DNA of 64,000 nucleotides from a virus (IMGVR_UViG_3300037420_002488:997-64996); one strand, 5' to 3'. Counted from the first letter of the stretch, positions 34,294 through 44,975 are shown. A program made the numbers and translations. The notes: generated by a model not told the origin, from the sequence alone.

Positions 34294-36348
34294 ATGATTG
34301 ATCAGGCACGTCCTCTCGCACCTCCAGGCTTGGCGCAACCCAAGCCTGACCGCGACCATGCGGTCAACGGCTACCCGATCCAGGCTCTTGAGGACTTGGT
34401 GCAAGACTGCATCGCGCAGCCCGACTGGCGCCCGCGCGCCGATCTGTGCTGCGCCTACTACGACGACAAGCAGTTGTCCCCTGAGCAGCGGCACCGCGCC
34501 CGCGTAGAGGGCCTGGAGCCGCGCAACATCAACCTGATCAGGCCGGTGATCAACGGCGTACTGGGTCAAGAGGCCAAGTCACGCACAGACGTGAAGGTCG
34601 TGGCCGACGACGACATGTTCGCCGACGTGTCGTCGGTGATGTCGCTGAAGATGAAAGAGGCCACGCGCGAGACATACGCCGATCTGGCCATCTCGAACGG
34701 CTACGGCTCGCAAGTGAAAGCGGGTCTTGGATGGGTCGAGGTGTCCCGTGTCGCGGACCCTCTCGAGTACCCGTATCGCGTCACGGACGTGCACCGCAAC
34801 GAGATTTGGTACGACTGGCGCGCCAAGGACGTGGCACTGCGTGACGCCCGCTGGCTGGTGCGCCAGCGCTGGACGGATCTCGATGAGGCCATTGCGTCTC
34901 TGCCAAAGTTCAAGGATGTGCTGACCTACGCCGTCCGGGGCTGGGAACCGCTGATGCTGGCCGACGCCGAAGTGTCGAGCAGCCTTGTCAGCAGCTACCG
35001 CAATGAGCGTTCGTTCAGGGTCAGCCGCGACGAGTGGCTGGACACCTCGCGCAAGCGCATCAAGCTGTACGAAGTCTGGTACCGCGTGCCCGTCGAGGTC
35101 GTGGTCTTGCGCCTGTCGCCCACGCGTCGCGTGCCGTACAACAAGAAGAACCCGCTTCACATCGCGGCCGTGTCCCGCAATCTAGTGAAGGTAGAGAAGG
35201 GCATCAGCCGCCAGGTGCGCATGGCCCTGTTCGCTGGACCGCATCGCCTGTTGGATGTCGGCACACAGATGCGCCACTTCCCCTATGTGCCGTTCTTCGC
35301 CTTCCGCGACGACGAGGACCGCCGGCCATACGGCCTCATTGACGGCATGATCGCGCCGCAAGACGAGTTCAACGAGCGGCGCCTGCGCATCCAGTGGATG
35401 CTCAAGGCTCGCCAGATCACGGTGGACTCCGACGCGCTGGATACCGACTACAACACGATCGATGACCTTGCCGACACCGCCATGCGGCCGGACATGGTCA
35501 CGGTGCTCAACCCAGGCCGACGCAATGCGACCGGGTTCAAGGTTGGCAATGACCTGAGCATGCAGAAGGAGCAGTTCGAGGTCATGAACGACGCCAAGCA
35601 GAGCATTCAAGACTCTGCAGGCGTCTATTCCACCCAACTTGGCAATGCGCCCACGGGCGTGACTTCGGGTCTGGCCATCAACTCGCTGATCGAGGCCGGC
35701 CAGGCCAGCATGGGCGAGCTCAACGACAACTACACGTTGGCGCGCCGCCTGGTGCACGAACGCATCCTGGACCTGATTGTCGAGGACCACGCGGACGAAG
35801 AGATGCGTGTGGTGATCGGCTCAGGCTCGTCCAAGCGCACCATCGTTCTGAACACGACCGATCCTGAGACCGGCATGCCGATGAACACGGTGAAGGATGC
35901 ACCGGTCAAGGTGGGGCTGTCCGAGGTGCCGAGCACGCCGGCCTTCAAGATGCAGCAACAGCAGCAGATTGCCAACATCATCGGCGCCCTTGCTGCAAAC
36001 CCGGCTGCCGTGCAGGTGCTCACGCCGAGCTTCATCGAAGCCACCGATCTGGAAGACCGCCACGAAGTGGCATCGACGCTTCGCAAGATGTCGGGCCTGC
36101 CGCAGCCAGGCGACCAGCAGGCGCAGCAGCAGATCGAGCAGCAGCAACAGGCTGCCCAGCAGCAAGCAGCCCAGGCAGACGCCGCCGAGAAGAACGCTGC
36201 GGCCGAGCACGACATGAGCATCGCGCGTCTCAACAACGCGAAGGCCGACGAGATCGGCCAGCGCATCCAAGCCGGGCAGGCCCAGCAGCAACAGGCCGTG
36301 CTCGATGAACAACTGATTCACCAGTCCTTGGCGGATGCCATGGGCTGA
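34294..36348 (+). CDS. Portal protein (P22-like)
   Basis: After terL; NLIRPVINGVLGQE, GLGWVEV, QDEFNERR, TSGLAI; Gln-rich C-terminal barrel. Confidence 0.9.
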   Translation: MIDQARPLAPPGLAQPKPDRDHAVNGYPIQALEDLVQDCIAQPDWRPRADLCCAYYDDKQLSPEQRHRARVEGLEPRNINLIRPVINGVLGQEAKSRTDVKVVADDDMFADVSSVMSLKMKEATRETYADLAISNGYGSQVKAGLGWVEVSRVADPLEYPYRVTDVHRNEIWYDWRAKDVALRDARWLVRQRWTDLDEAIASLPKFKDVLTYAVRGWEPLMLADAEVSSSLVSSYRNERSFRVSRDEWLDTSRKRIKLYEVWYRVPVEVVVLRLSPTRRVPYNKKNPLHIAAVSRNLVKVEKGISRQVRMALFAGPHRLLDVGTQMRHFPYVPFFAFRDDEDRRPYGLIDGMIAPQDEFNERRLRIQWMLKARQITVDSDALDTDYNTIDDLADTAMRPDMVTVLNPGRRNATGFKVGNDLSMQKEQFEVMNDAKQSIQDSAGVYSTQLGNAPTGVTSGLAINSLIEAGQASMGELNDNYTLARRLVHERILDLIVEDHADEEMRVVIGSGSSKRTIVLNTTDPETGMPMNTVKDAPVKVGLSEVPSTPAFKMQQQQQIANIIGALAANPAAVQVLTPSFIEATDLEDRHEVASTLRKMSGLPQPGDQQAQQQIEQQQQAAQQQAAQADAAEKNAAAEHDMSIARLNNAKADEIGQRIQAGQAQQQQAVLDEQLIHQSLADAMG

Positions 36349-36471
36349 CCCTCGCTGCCCGGCCGTCGCACCGGGCAGTGCAGTACCGACGCGATGTCTG
36401 TCCCGGCCTTCGCCCGAAGCCGGTGACGTAGCAGGGCATTCGGACTCATCCGAGAACTGAGATCGAGGAAA

Positions 36472-37527
36472 GTGATGACTTTGGAATTTGACCCATTCGA
36501 CCCTGATGCCATCGACCGCGCCCAACGCAGGGCAGACGGCGAGCTTGAAGAAGACACCACCGCTAACAATGGTGGTGAAGGCGACGGCGAGGGTAGCGGC
36601 GCTTCGGCCAACGCAGGCACTGGCGCCGCTGACGCAGGTGCTGGGGCCGGTGGCGCCGCTGCTGGCAATGGGGCTGATGGCGCTGGCCAGGGCCAAGCTG
36701 ATGCACCTGCAGAAGGTGCCAGCACAGGTAAGCCGGCGGGCGTGTCCAGCAAGGACGGCAAGCATGTGCTGCCCTATTCCGCTTTGGCCAAGGCGCGCAA
36801 CGAGGCTTCGGCCCACCGTTCGCGTGCCGAGGCAGCGGAACGTGAGGCTGCTGCAGCTCGCGCCGAGTTGGAGGCCGTGAGGTCTGGCAAAGCCCCTGAC
36901 AAGGCAGAAGGCGACGATTTGGCGAACCTCACCGAAGAGGAAATCGCAGAGATCGAAGCCGACTATCCGCAGTTGGCCAAGCTGGCCCGCGTTGCCAAGC
37001 TCGCAGTCGATCGTGTTGGCAAGACCGACACCCAAGCTGCAACAAAGCCCGCTGCTCAGAACGATGAGCCCAGCGAACCGTCCGGCGACCCTGTGCAGGA
37101 TGCCATCGACATGGTGCCCGATCTGCTGGCCTGGCAGACCGACCCTGCTCATGCCGACAAATTCGCATTGGCCGTCCAACACGACAACGCCTTGAAGGCA
37201 TCACCCAAGTGGGCCAATCGCCCGATGGAAGAGCGCTTCGCCGAAGCCGCACGACGTGTGCGCGAAGAGTTCGACATCGCGGAAGAGCAGTCCACATCCT
37301 CGAAAGACAAGACCGATGACAAGGCCAACGAAGCCGTTCACGGCAAGAAGGCTCAAGACGTCATCGACAAAGCCACAGAGCGCAAGCCCAACACGTTGAG
37401 CGACCTCAACGGCGGCGCGCGCCCGGCCTCCGCTTCAGTTGCCAACATGACCCCGGTAAGCATGCTCAACAAGTTCATGAGCATGACCCCGGAGGAAATG
37501 ATGGAGCAGTTGGACCGTGGGGCCTGA
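36472..37527 (+). CDS. Scaffolding protein
   Basis: Acidic, Gly/Ala-rich and coiled-coil; between portal and capsid. Confidence 0.8.
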   Translation: MMTLEFDPFDPDAIDRAQRRADGELEEDTTANNGGEGDGEGSGASANAGTGAADAGAGAGGAAAGNGADGAGQGQADAPAEGASTGKPAGVSSKDGKHVLPYSALAKARNEASAHRSRAEAAEREAAAARAELEAVRSGKAPDKAEGDDLANLTEEEIAEIEADYPQLAKLARVAKLAVDRVGKTDTQAATKPAAQNDEPSEPSGDPVQDAIDMVPDLLAWQTDPAHADKFALAVQHDNALKASPKWANRPMEERFAEAARRVREEFDIAEEQSTSSKDKTDDKANEAVHGKKAQDVIDKATERKPNTLSDLNGGARPASASVANMTPVSMLNKFMSMTPEEMMEQLDRGA

Positions 37528-37557
37528 CCAATCCATTTGATTTGAAGGAATCCCATC

Positions 37558-38853
37558 ATGTCTCAAACCAGTGTGCAATCGGGCTCCAGCCTGTCGCTCA
37601 CCCAGTTTTCGGTGGCGCTGACCGCCCAATACATTGCCGCGCCCGGTGATCTCAACATGCTCACGGGCCCGGCTCCCCAGCAGAAGGACGCTGAAGCAAC
37701 GCTCAAGCAACAGACCAGCCCCAAGATGCCCTTCGTTCGCGTGACGGACCTGGGCGATTTGAAGGGTGACAAGGTCACGATCGACGCCTTCGACGTTGTC
37801 GGCGGCATGCCCATCATGGGCGATCGCAACGCCGAAGGCCAGGGCAAGAAGATGTCGTCTTCGTCCATGGACCTGAAGATCGACCTGGGCACGTTCAACG
37901 TCGATGCTGGCGGCAAGATGTCGCGTCAGCGGACCCGCCACGATCTGCGCAAGCTGGCGCTGTCCGCGTCGGCGGCTTACTGGCCACGCTTCGTATATCA
38001 GCGCACGCTGACGCACCTGGCCGGCGCTCGTGGCTCGCAGACGGGCCAACGCTGGGACCTGGCTCTGGCGACGCATCCTGACTTCGATGAAGCCATGATC
38101 AACCCGGTGCAGGCCCCGACCTACAACCGCCACCTCGTGATCGATGGTGGTTCCGTGGTTCGCGGCGGCGCGCAGATCGCCAACATCGACACAACCGACG
38201 TGTGGAAGCTGTCGGTGCTCGATGACATCGCCAATATGCTGGACGCCCAGGAAACCAAGCTCCAGCCGATCAAGGTCGACGGCGACAAGATGGCCGATTC
38301 GAGCCAGATCCGCGCTGTGCTGTGGCTGCCCCCGGACAGCTACAACAGCCTGATCACCGACCTGACGGCCAGCAACAACCTGCGCAACTTCCAGGCCCTG
38401 GCACTCGAGCGCGCCAAGCTCGCTGGCAATCACCCCATCTTCATGGGCGAGGTCGGCATCTGGCGCGGCATCCTGGTGCGCAAGATCGAATACTCGATCC
38501 TGTTCAAGCCAGGCGATGACGTGAAGTATGTGGCCGTGGCCGATCGCCTGAAGAAGGCGGCGAACGAATCGACCCTGCAAGTGCCAGCCCTGGGTGCTGG
38601 CTGGAAGGTCGAGCGCGGCATCCTGCTCGGCGCCCAGGCTCTGGCCCGTGGCGAAGGTGCTTCCAATTCCAGCGTGCAGGCCAACATCATCGAGAACGCC
38701 TACAACGCCGGTCGCAGCTTCGAGTACCTGTCCGAGTTCATGGGCGGCGAAGCCAAGATGCGCTTCCTGTTCAAGAACGAGAACGGCGATCCCGAGCCCA
38801 CTGACAACGGCGTCTACGTGATCGACGGCGTTGCCAAGCTGCGCGCTGCCTGA
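37558..38853 (+). CDS. Major capsid protein (N4-gp56/DUF4043-like)
   Basis: DLGDLKGDKVTID, MSRQRTRHDLR, FMGEVGIWRGILV; AAGGA RBS. Confidence 0.88.
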   Translation: MSQTSVQSGSSLSLTQFSVALTAQYIAAPGDLNMLTGPAPQQKDAEATLKQQTSPKMPFVRVTDLGDLKGDKVTIDAFDVVGGMPIMGDRNAEGQGKKMSSSSMDLKIDLGTFNVDAGGKMSRQRTRHDLRKLALSASAAYWPRFVYQRTLTHLAGARGSQTGQRWDLALATHPDFDEAMINPVQAPTYNRHLVIDGGSVVRGGAQIANIDTTDVWKLSVLDDIANMLDAQETKLQPIKVDGDKMADSSQIRAVLWLPPDSYNSLITDLTASNNLRNFQALALERAKLAGNHPIFMGEVGIWRGILVRKIEYSILFKPGDDVKYVAVADRLKKAANESTLQVPALGAGWKVERGILLGAQALARGEGASNSSVQANIIENAYNAGRSFEYLSEFMGGEAKMRFLFKNENGDPEPTDNGVYVIDGVAKLRAA

Positions 38854-38862
38854 TGCGGCATA

Positions 38863-38880
38863 GCCCGGCTTCGGCCGGGC
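38863..38880 (+). terminator. UUCG hairpin after capsid (attenuator or mRNA stabiliser)
   Basis: GCCCGGC-TTCG-GCCGGGC with no U tract. Confidence 0.55.
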
Positions 38881-38920
38881 CTGCCCATCGCATCGAACCC
38901 CATTTTCTGGAGATCCCATC

Positions 38921-39379
38921 ATGACCGCATATACCAACGTGCGCGCCAGCAGCCCTGCCTACATGCAGGCCTTCGGCAACGCCTTCCGTGGCAACGACCT
39001 GACGTCCGTCACTGCCGCTCTAGGTGTCGGCGACACCATCGACCTGATCAAGCTGCCCGGCGGCCTGGAGCTGGACGAGCTGCAGTTCGACCACGACGAC
39101 ATGGACACGGGCGCGACCCTGGTCATCAAGATCGGCTACCGCCCCGCGGCTGCCGACGGCGTCCTGCAAGCCAATGACAGCGCCTTCGGTGCTGGCTTCA
39201 CCTTCCTGCAGGCCGCGAGCGCAGCGCTGAACGGACGCGAGCGCCTGGCCGTGCCCGCGATGAAGTTCAACGAGGACGTGATCGTCTTCGCCACCGTCAC
39301 GACGGCCGCCGTGGGCCAGTCGGCCGGCGCCAAGTCGATCCGCACATTCGCGTCCGGCATCGCGCGCGGCACCAAGTAA
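38921..39379 (+). CDS. Capsid decoration/cement-like protein
   Basis: 152 aa, beta-rich, follows capsid; GGAG RBS. Confidence 0.65.
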   Translation: MTAYTNVRASSPAYMQAFGNAFRGNDLTSVTAALGVGDTIDLIKLPGGLELDELQFDHDDMDTGATLVIKIGYRPAAADGVLQANDSAFGAGFTFLQAASAALNGRERLAVPAMKFNEDVIVFATVTTAAVGQSAGAKSIRTFASGIARGTK

Positions 39380-39431
39380 GCGCGTCGGGCTGGACTTCGG
39401 GCTGGCCCGTCGCCACCTTTCAGGAGAAAGC

Positions 39432-40046
39432 ATGCCTCTCATCATGTATATCGGTCGCAAGGACCGAAAAGAAGACAACGTCGCTGGTACCGGCCTGGCC
39501 TGGATCGGCCACGGCGACACCCACCTAGTGGACAAACGTGCCGCCACGTTGCTGCTCAAGCACGCTGACGTGTGGAAGGAAGTGCCAGGCACGACGGCGG
39601 ACAGTGGTGCTGCGGGTCTCTCGCAGGTTGCTCAAGCCGTGCAAGCCAGTCGACCCAGCACGCCCGCGCCTGTCCTGAGCGCTGCACCTCCACCGCCTCC
39701 ACCGCTGACCCAGACGCCCAATGAAGTGCTGGGCACGGGTGCCAACACGGGCCCGACCACGAGTCCAATCATGGAAGCCGCAGCGCAGGCCATCCAGCAG
39801 CAGGCAGCCAATGCCCAGCAAGCAACCCAGATCCCGCCTGAAGGCGGCATCGTCGGCGGCGCAGGTGGCGATGATGGCACCGATGCCGGCAAGGTGGTCG
39901 AGCCCAAGCCCTACGAGGCCATGGAGATCGAAGAGCTGCGCGCCATCGCCAAGGAAAAGGGCGTGACCGTGGGCAACTCAGGCAAGACGCGCGTCATCGA
40001 GCTGATCCGCGTCGCCGATGCTGCCAAAGCCGCAGCCACGGAGTAA
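39432..40046 (+). CDS. Hypothetical structural-module protein
   Basis: AGGAG RBS; low-complexity middle; C-terminal ELRAIAKEKGV small helical motif. Confidence 0.7.
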   Translation: MPLIMYIGRKDRKEDNVAGTGLAWIGHGDTHLVDKRAATLLLKHADVWKEVPGTTADSGAAGLSQVAQAVQASRPSTPAPVLSAAPPPPPPLTQTPNEVLGTGANTGPTTSPIMEAAAQAIQQQAANAQQATQIPPEGGIVGGAGGDDGTDAGKVVEPKPYEAMEIEELRAIAKEKGVTVGNSGKTRVIELIRVADAAKAAATE

Positions 40047-40052
40047 GAGGGC

Positions 40053-40844
40053 ATGCGTTCGATCCTGGTCAAGGATGTGCTCTGGCGGGTCAGTTCGATC
40101 CTGCAGGACAGCGACCCCCAGTTCACACGCTGGCCGGAGATCGAGCTGGTGCAGTGGCTCAACGATGCCCAGCGTGCGCTCTTCAAGTTCCTGCCGCAGG
40201 TGGGCTCCCGTCTGGATTCGTTCAGGCTGGAGCCCGGCTGCAAGCAGGACATCACGCTGATTGCTGCCAACCGTATCAAGCTGCCCAGCGGCGCGAGCCC
40301 AACCGGACCAGTTGGCGGGCAGCAACTGCTCAGCCTCAACTGCAATCTGGGCGCCGATGGCATGACGCCCGGCCGCGCCATCACGATCATGGACCGGCAG
40401 CGCATGGATGCCAGCGCGCCCATGTGGCGCACGCAGGTCGGCTCTGTGGTGCGTCAGTATGCGTATGACCCTCTGGTCCCGCGCACGTTCTTCGTTTCGC
40501 CTGGTGTGCCTGCCATCGGGCAGGTGTGGGTTGAGATGGCATGGACGGCCGATCCCGACCCGATCCCAGATGGCGGCGCCAAGGGTCAAGAGAAGTACGC
40601 CTTCAATGGCAACAGCACGACCGTCATCGGCGTGCACGACGACAACATTGACGAGCTGGTGAACTACATGGCCGCCCGCTCGTTCTTCAAGGACAGCAAG
40701 GACACCACCGTGATGGCGCGCGCGTCCATGCATGGCCAGATGTTCCTGGCCTCCCTAAACGCCCGAGTGCAGCAGGCCACGGGCACCAATCCCAATATCA
40801 AGGTGCTGCCGTTCATGCCTGAGCCGGTGGCCGCCGCATCATGA
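40053..40844 (+). CDS. Head-tail adaptor-like protein
   Basis: RWPEIELVQWLNDAQR motif; position. Confidence 0.7.
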   Translation: MRSILVKDVLWRVSSILQDSDPQFTRWPEIELVQWLNDAQRALFKFLPQVGSRLDSFRLEPGCKQDITLIAANRIKLPSGASPTGPVGGQQLLSLNCNLGADGMTPGRAITIMDRQRMDASAPMWRTQVGSVVRQYAYDPLVPRTFFVSPGVPAIGQVWVEMAWTADPDPIPDGGAKGQEKYAFNGNSTTVIGVHDDNIDELVNYMAARSFFKDSKDTTVMARASMHGQMFLASLNARVQQATGTNPNIKVLPFMPEPVAAAS

Positions 40845-41443
40845 AGATTCAAGACGCCGTCGAGGCCATCGCCAGCAAGTTCCCAGGCTGCCCGGAGCCG
40901 GAACTGATCAGCGCCTACCGCTACGCCCTGATCGACTTCTGCACGCGCTCGCGCTGCATGACCGCCTGGGTGACCACCACGACGGCCGACATGGCCGTGG
41001 CCACGCTGGCCGCCGATCAGCAGGTCGTGGACATCATCGACGCCTTGCTGGACGACGAAGAGATCGACATCGTGGGCATCAACGATCGCGCTGTCACCAG
41101 GGCCACGAACGAATGTCCGGTGCTCACCTGGCAGAACCCCACGCTGCCGATCGTGATCCCCGAGCCGCCCACCTCTCTGGACATTCAGATGCTCATGGTG
41201 TTCGCGCCGGGGCCCGCCGCTGAAGACATCGAGGACGCGGTCTGGATTCGCCACAGCGAAGACATCAACCACGGTGCCATGGCGCGGCTGTTTGCCGAGG
41301 CCAACCAGCCCTACACGAATTTGAACCTGGCTACCTATCACGAAGGTCTGTTTGAGCGCGCCATCGCAAAGATCGCCGCCAAGCTGGGCGCCACCCGCAA
41401 GACCAAAGCCAACCGCCTGCGCACCAAGCCCGCAGGCCTGTGA
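40841..41443 (+). CDS. Head-tail connector-like protein
   Basis: PGCPEP...IDFC; coupled to the upstream gene. Confidence 0.65.
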   Translation: MKIQDAVEAIASKFPGCPEPELISAYRYALIDFCTRSRCMTAWVTTTTADMAVATLAADQQVVDIIDALLDDEEIDIVGINDRAVTRATNECPVLTWQNPTLPIVIPEPPTSLDIQMLMVFAPGPAAEDIEDAVWIRHSEDINHGAMARLFAEANQPYTNLNLATYHEGLFERAIAKIAAKLGATRKTKANRLRTKPAGL

Positions 41444-41453
41444 CGGAGACAAC

Positions 41454-44400
41454 ATGCCTCGCTATCCATCAACAACCATCGGCGGTGTCGGCGCGGGCGG
41501 CGGTGCCGTCTGGGGCCGCATCCAAGGCGAGCTGGCCCAGCAGCAGGACATTGCCGCCGCTCTGGCGGCCAAGGCTGACGCCGGGGCCGAGGCTACGGCG
41601 CAGTGGGGCCAGGTGACAGGCGACATCACCCAACAGGCCGACCTTGCCACTGCCATCCATGACGCCGTGGCCGATGCCACGGGCACCTCCTTTGTGCTGG
41701 TGCCCATCATCGTCACGACGGCGGAAGACACGCCGCTGACAGCCAGCGCGTTTTCGGGGGCCAACGCGGCTGCAGCAGGCTCGACTGTCCTGCTGTACAC
41801 AGTAGAAGGCAACGACGGCATCTTCCTGCCAGGAGCCACGGTGACCGCAGGCGGGATGGGTGATGTCACTCTAGAAGCGGATGGCACGATCGAATTCAAG
41901 CCGGCGGTCAACTGGCACGGCTCGTTCCCGCTGGTGTCCTACGCCGCCCGTAGCGACATTGACATCCGCTGGTGCTCGTTCGCCATCCATGTGACGTCCG
42001 TCAACGACGCGCCTGCGGTGCGCGGCGACTATGCGGTGTGTGCCGTCAACCAGTCGGCGACTATCTTCCCGCTCGTCAACGATGCAGACGCCGACGGCGA
42101 TACGGTCACCATCACGCAGATCAACGGCGCCGCGCCTGTCGTGGGTGTGCCCCAGGCCGTCGAAGGTGGCGTGTTCGTCTGGAACGCTAACAAGTCGGTG
42201 CGTATCACGCCAGACACCGGGTTTGTCGGTCAGATCGTGATCCCTTACAGCGCCACCGATGGCATCGAGGTGCGCTCGGCCAACATCACGCTGGATGTGG
42301 GCATCGCCGAAGTGCACATGTTCTCGCCGATCTCGCCGGCCGACCCGTCGCTGATCCCGTGGTTCAACACCGTGGCCAACTTCTACGGCCCGGCCTTCAG
42401 CGAGCACAACCCCACACCAATCGAAAACGGGCCCACGGCCACGCCACTGACCTATACCGAGGACTACGGCCAGTTCATCGGCGGCGACACGGCTACTGGC
42501 CGCCAAGCCTGGCTCTACGACAACTGCACCACGCTCTACCTGATCTACAAGCGCACGGGCGACCCGTTGTACTGGGACGAATGCCTGCGTCGCACCGAGC
42601 TGTATTACTCGCGGGTGACGGTCGATCCAAGCGACGGCATCGGCTATCTGGCAGTCAACAGCGGCGACAAGCTGGACGTGCGCTATGGCTATGCCGTGCC
42701 CGCCCTCTGGTATGAGCACGAGACAGGGGACCAGCGCTACCGCGAGAAGGCCATCGCCCTGGCAAAGCAGAAGCTCACCCAGCCCAAGGTCTACACACTC
42801 GACCTGAATTTCTGGACAGAGCGGCACCGCGGTTATTGCATCCGCGAGCTGCTGGCCACCTACATCTTGACAGCAGACCCGGTCTGGCTGAACCACTGCA
42901 CCGACTTCGTGGTCGATACCTTTGCCATGTGCGCGGCCAGTGGCGCGCCGCTGCACACCGAGTATCAGCACGAGGGCGGCAACGGAGTGTTGATGGCGTC
43001 CACCTGGATGGCGAACCTGCTGGTTTCACCCATGCTGCAGTGGTATCGCGTGACCGGCGATTCGCGGTTTCTGCCGTGGCTGTCACGCTATGGCGATTGG
43101 ATGCTGGACGGCGGCCTGTACGTGCCTGGCGAGGGCATCCCCGGGCGCATCCCCTGGTATTACAAGTTCGCCAGCGGTGTGGGCTTCACCGACAGTGGCG
43201 CCGAAGACGACATGTGCCACAGCTACGACATGCGCGGCTTCTTCAAAGCGGTGCGCTGGGCCAAAGCGCTGCTCGGCCAGGACACGACTGCCTGCGATCA
43301 AGCCATTGCCGACTTGACACTGAGTGCGAACTATCACTTCACCTACTTCACGCGCGCCACGTCCTATCTGGCGCGGTACCGGATTGCACCCAGCCGCAAG
43401 GGAAACTGGATGTTTGGCGACATGAGCATGGACTACACCGACGCTTTTGCGCTGACGGTGCCTCTCCCAGCTCCGATTCCAGCGCCAGTCAACACCGCCG
43501 CGCCCACCATCTCGGGCACGTTCAACCAAGGCGAGGTGGTCACCCTGAGCCCGGGCACATGGACACCCAGCTCGGGCGCCAATGCTCCAACGTTCACCTA
43601 CCAGTGGCAGCGATCTGCCGACGACGGCGCCACATGGACGAACATCTCGGGCGCCACGGCCACGACGTACACGCTCACCGGGACTGACGTCGGCAAGCGG
43701 GTGCGCGTCAAGGTGACCGGCACGAACGCACGGGCGACCGCTTCGGCGTACAGCGCCGGCACAGCGGTCAATGCCGCTGGCGCCCCCTCGCTGACGCTGG
43801 ACCTGCCGCCCACGCTTTCGGTGTCCGCTCTGTCCTCGATGACGCTGACGGTTGCGGCCACCGGCTCAGGCTTGACCTTCACCTTCCAGAAGTCGACCAA
43901 CAGCGGCGCCACCTGGGCCGACGTGCAGGCATCGGCAGCCACAAGCTATGTGGTGGCGTCGGTCCCCTCGACCGACCACGGCGCTCAGTACCGCGTGGTG
44001 GTGTCCAACACCTCGGGCAGCGTGACGTCGACGGTGCTGGCCCTGACCGTGACAGCGGCCGTGAGGCGCGTCGGTGTGACGGCCGGCGGGACCGACAACG
44101 GCAGTGGCGCGGCGGCCTACTACGCGTCGCTGAACGCTGCGCTGGCAGGGGAAGTGCAAGACCTTGTGGCGGCCGAGTTGATCCTGGCGATCGAGCTGGA
44201 TGCCTTCACCGACACGACCGCAGTCATGACTGCAGGCCTCGCCTACACGGTCAATGCCGACAACTACATTTGGATCAAGCCACGATCCGGGCAGGGCCAC
44301 GGCGGCGTGCTGAATGCGGGCTACAAGCTGGTCACGGCAGCGCTGTACGACCGGGCCATGTACCTGAGCATTCCGTACACCCAGATGGAAGGCTTCACGA

Positions 44401-44963
44401 TCCAGTCCACCAACACCGGGGCAGGGTCGGCCAAGTGCGTGGCCATTGCAGGGGGCACCGACAGTGTCACTGCTCACAGCATGTTCCTGATTGGCACGTC
44501 GGAGTCTGAGTATGGCTTCGAGTGCAATGGCGCGAACTTCACCGCCGATAACTGCGTGATCATCGGCACGAAGGTCGGCGTCGTGAACAACAACTACGGC
44601 GCCGGGCCCATGCGGCTGACGAACATCACGGCCGTGGGCCAGTCCTCGAAGTCCTTCCTGGGCCCGGGCGGCACAGAGACCATCGTCAAGAACTGCTATG
44701 GCAAGGCGATCACCACAGCCTTCGACCTGGTCACCAGCGGCGCGAACCAGAAGGTCAACTGCGCCAGCGCCGACAGCTCGGGCTCATCGGGCCTGACCGG
44801 CGTGCCCTACAGCACGATCACCTTCACATCGGTCACGCCGGGCTCCGAGAACCTTGCGCTGGCTGGTACGTCGGCGCTCATCGGCGCCGGCGTGAACAGC
44901 TCGGTCACCACCAACATCGCTGGTGCTACGCGCTCCAGCCCGCCCAACATCGGCGCCTACTGA
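41454..44963 (+). CDS. 1169-aa multidomain fibre (cadherin-like, glycosidase-like helical, Ig, beta-helix)
   Basis: Two WG..G....Q.D repeats; AEDTPL/VNDAP/NDADADGD cadherin-like units; helical Tyr/Trp-rich domain; two Ig-like units; C-terminal beta-helix ending NIGAY. Confidence 0.8.
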   Translation: MPRYPSTTIGGVGAGGGAVWGRIQGELAQQQDIAAALAAKADAGAEATAQWGQVTGDITQQADLATAIHDAVADATGTSFVLVPIIVTTAEDTPLTASAFSGANAAAAGSTVLLYTVEGNDGIFLPGATVTAGGMGDVTLEADGTIEFKPAVNWHGSFPLVSYAARSDIDIRWCSFAIHVTSVNDAPAVRGDYAVCAVNQSATIFPLVNDADADGDTVTITQINGAAPVVGVPQAVEGGVFVWNANKSVRITPDTGFVGQIVIPYSATDGIEVRSANITLDVGIAEVHMFSPISPADPSLIPWFNTVANFYGPAFSEHNPTPIENGPTATPLTYTEDYGQFIGGDTATGRQAWLYDNCTTLYLIYKRTGDPLYWDECLRRTELYYSRVTVDPSDGIGYLAVNSGDKLDVRYGYAVPALWYEHETGDQRYREKAIALAKQKLTQPKVYTLDLNFWTERHRGYCIRELLATYILTADPVWLNHCTDFVVDTFAMCAASGAPLHTEYQHEGGNGVLMASTWMANLLVSPMLQWYRVTGDSRFLPWLSRYGDWMLDGGLYVPGEGIPGRIPWYYKFASGVGFTDSGAEDDMCHSYDMRGFFKAVRWAKALLGQDTTACDQAIADLTLSANYHFTYFTRATSYLARYRIAPSRKGNWMFGDMSMDYTDAFALTVPLPAPIPAPVNTAAPTISGTFNQGEVVTLSPGTWTPSSGANAPTFTYQWQRSADDGATWTNISGATATTYTLTGTDVGKRVRVKVTGTNARATASAYSAGTAVNAAGAPSLTLDLPPTLSVSALSSMTLTVAATGSGLTFTFQKSTNSGATWADVQASAATSYVVASVPSTDHGAQYRVVVSNTSGSVTSTVLALTVTAAVRRVGVTAGGTDNGSGAAAYYASLNAALAGEVQDLVAAELILAIELDAFTDTTAVMTAGLAYTVNADNYIWIKPRSGQGHGGVLNAGYKLVTAALYDRAMYLSIPYTQMEGFTIQSTNTGAGSAKCVAIAGGTDSVTAHSMFLIGTSESEYGFECNGANFTADNCVIIGTKVGVVNNNYGAGPMRLTNITAVGQSSKSFLGPGGTETIVKNCYGKAITTAFDLVTSGANQKVNCASADSSGSSGLTGVPYSTITFTSVTPGSENLALAGTSALIGAGVNSSVTTNIAGATRSSPPNIGAY

Positions 44964-44975
44964 TCGGACTGCACC

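Noticed and set aside
36488-36880. Hydrophobic +1-frame ORF in the scaffold gene
   Set aside because: Explained by GCT/GGT codons in a Gly/Ala-rich stretch; no RBS and the bias does not persist.
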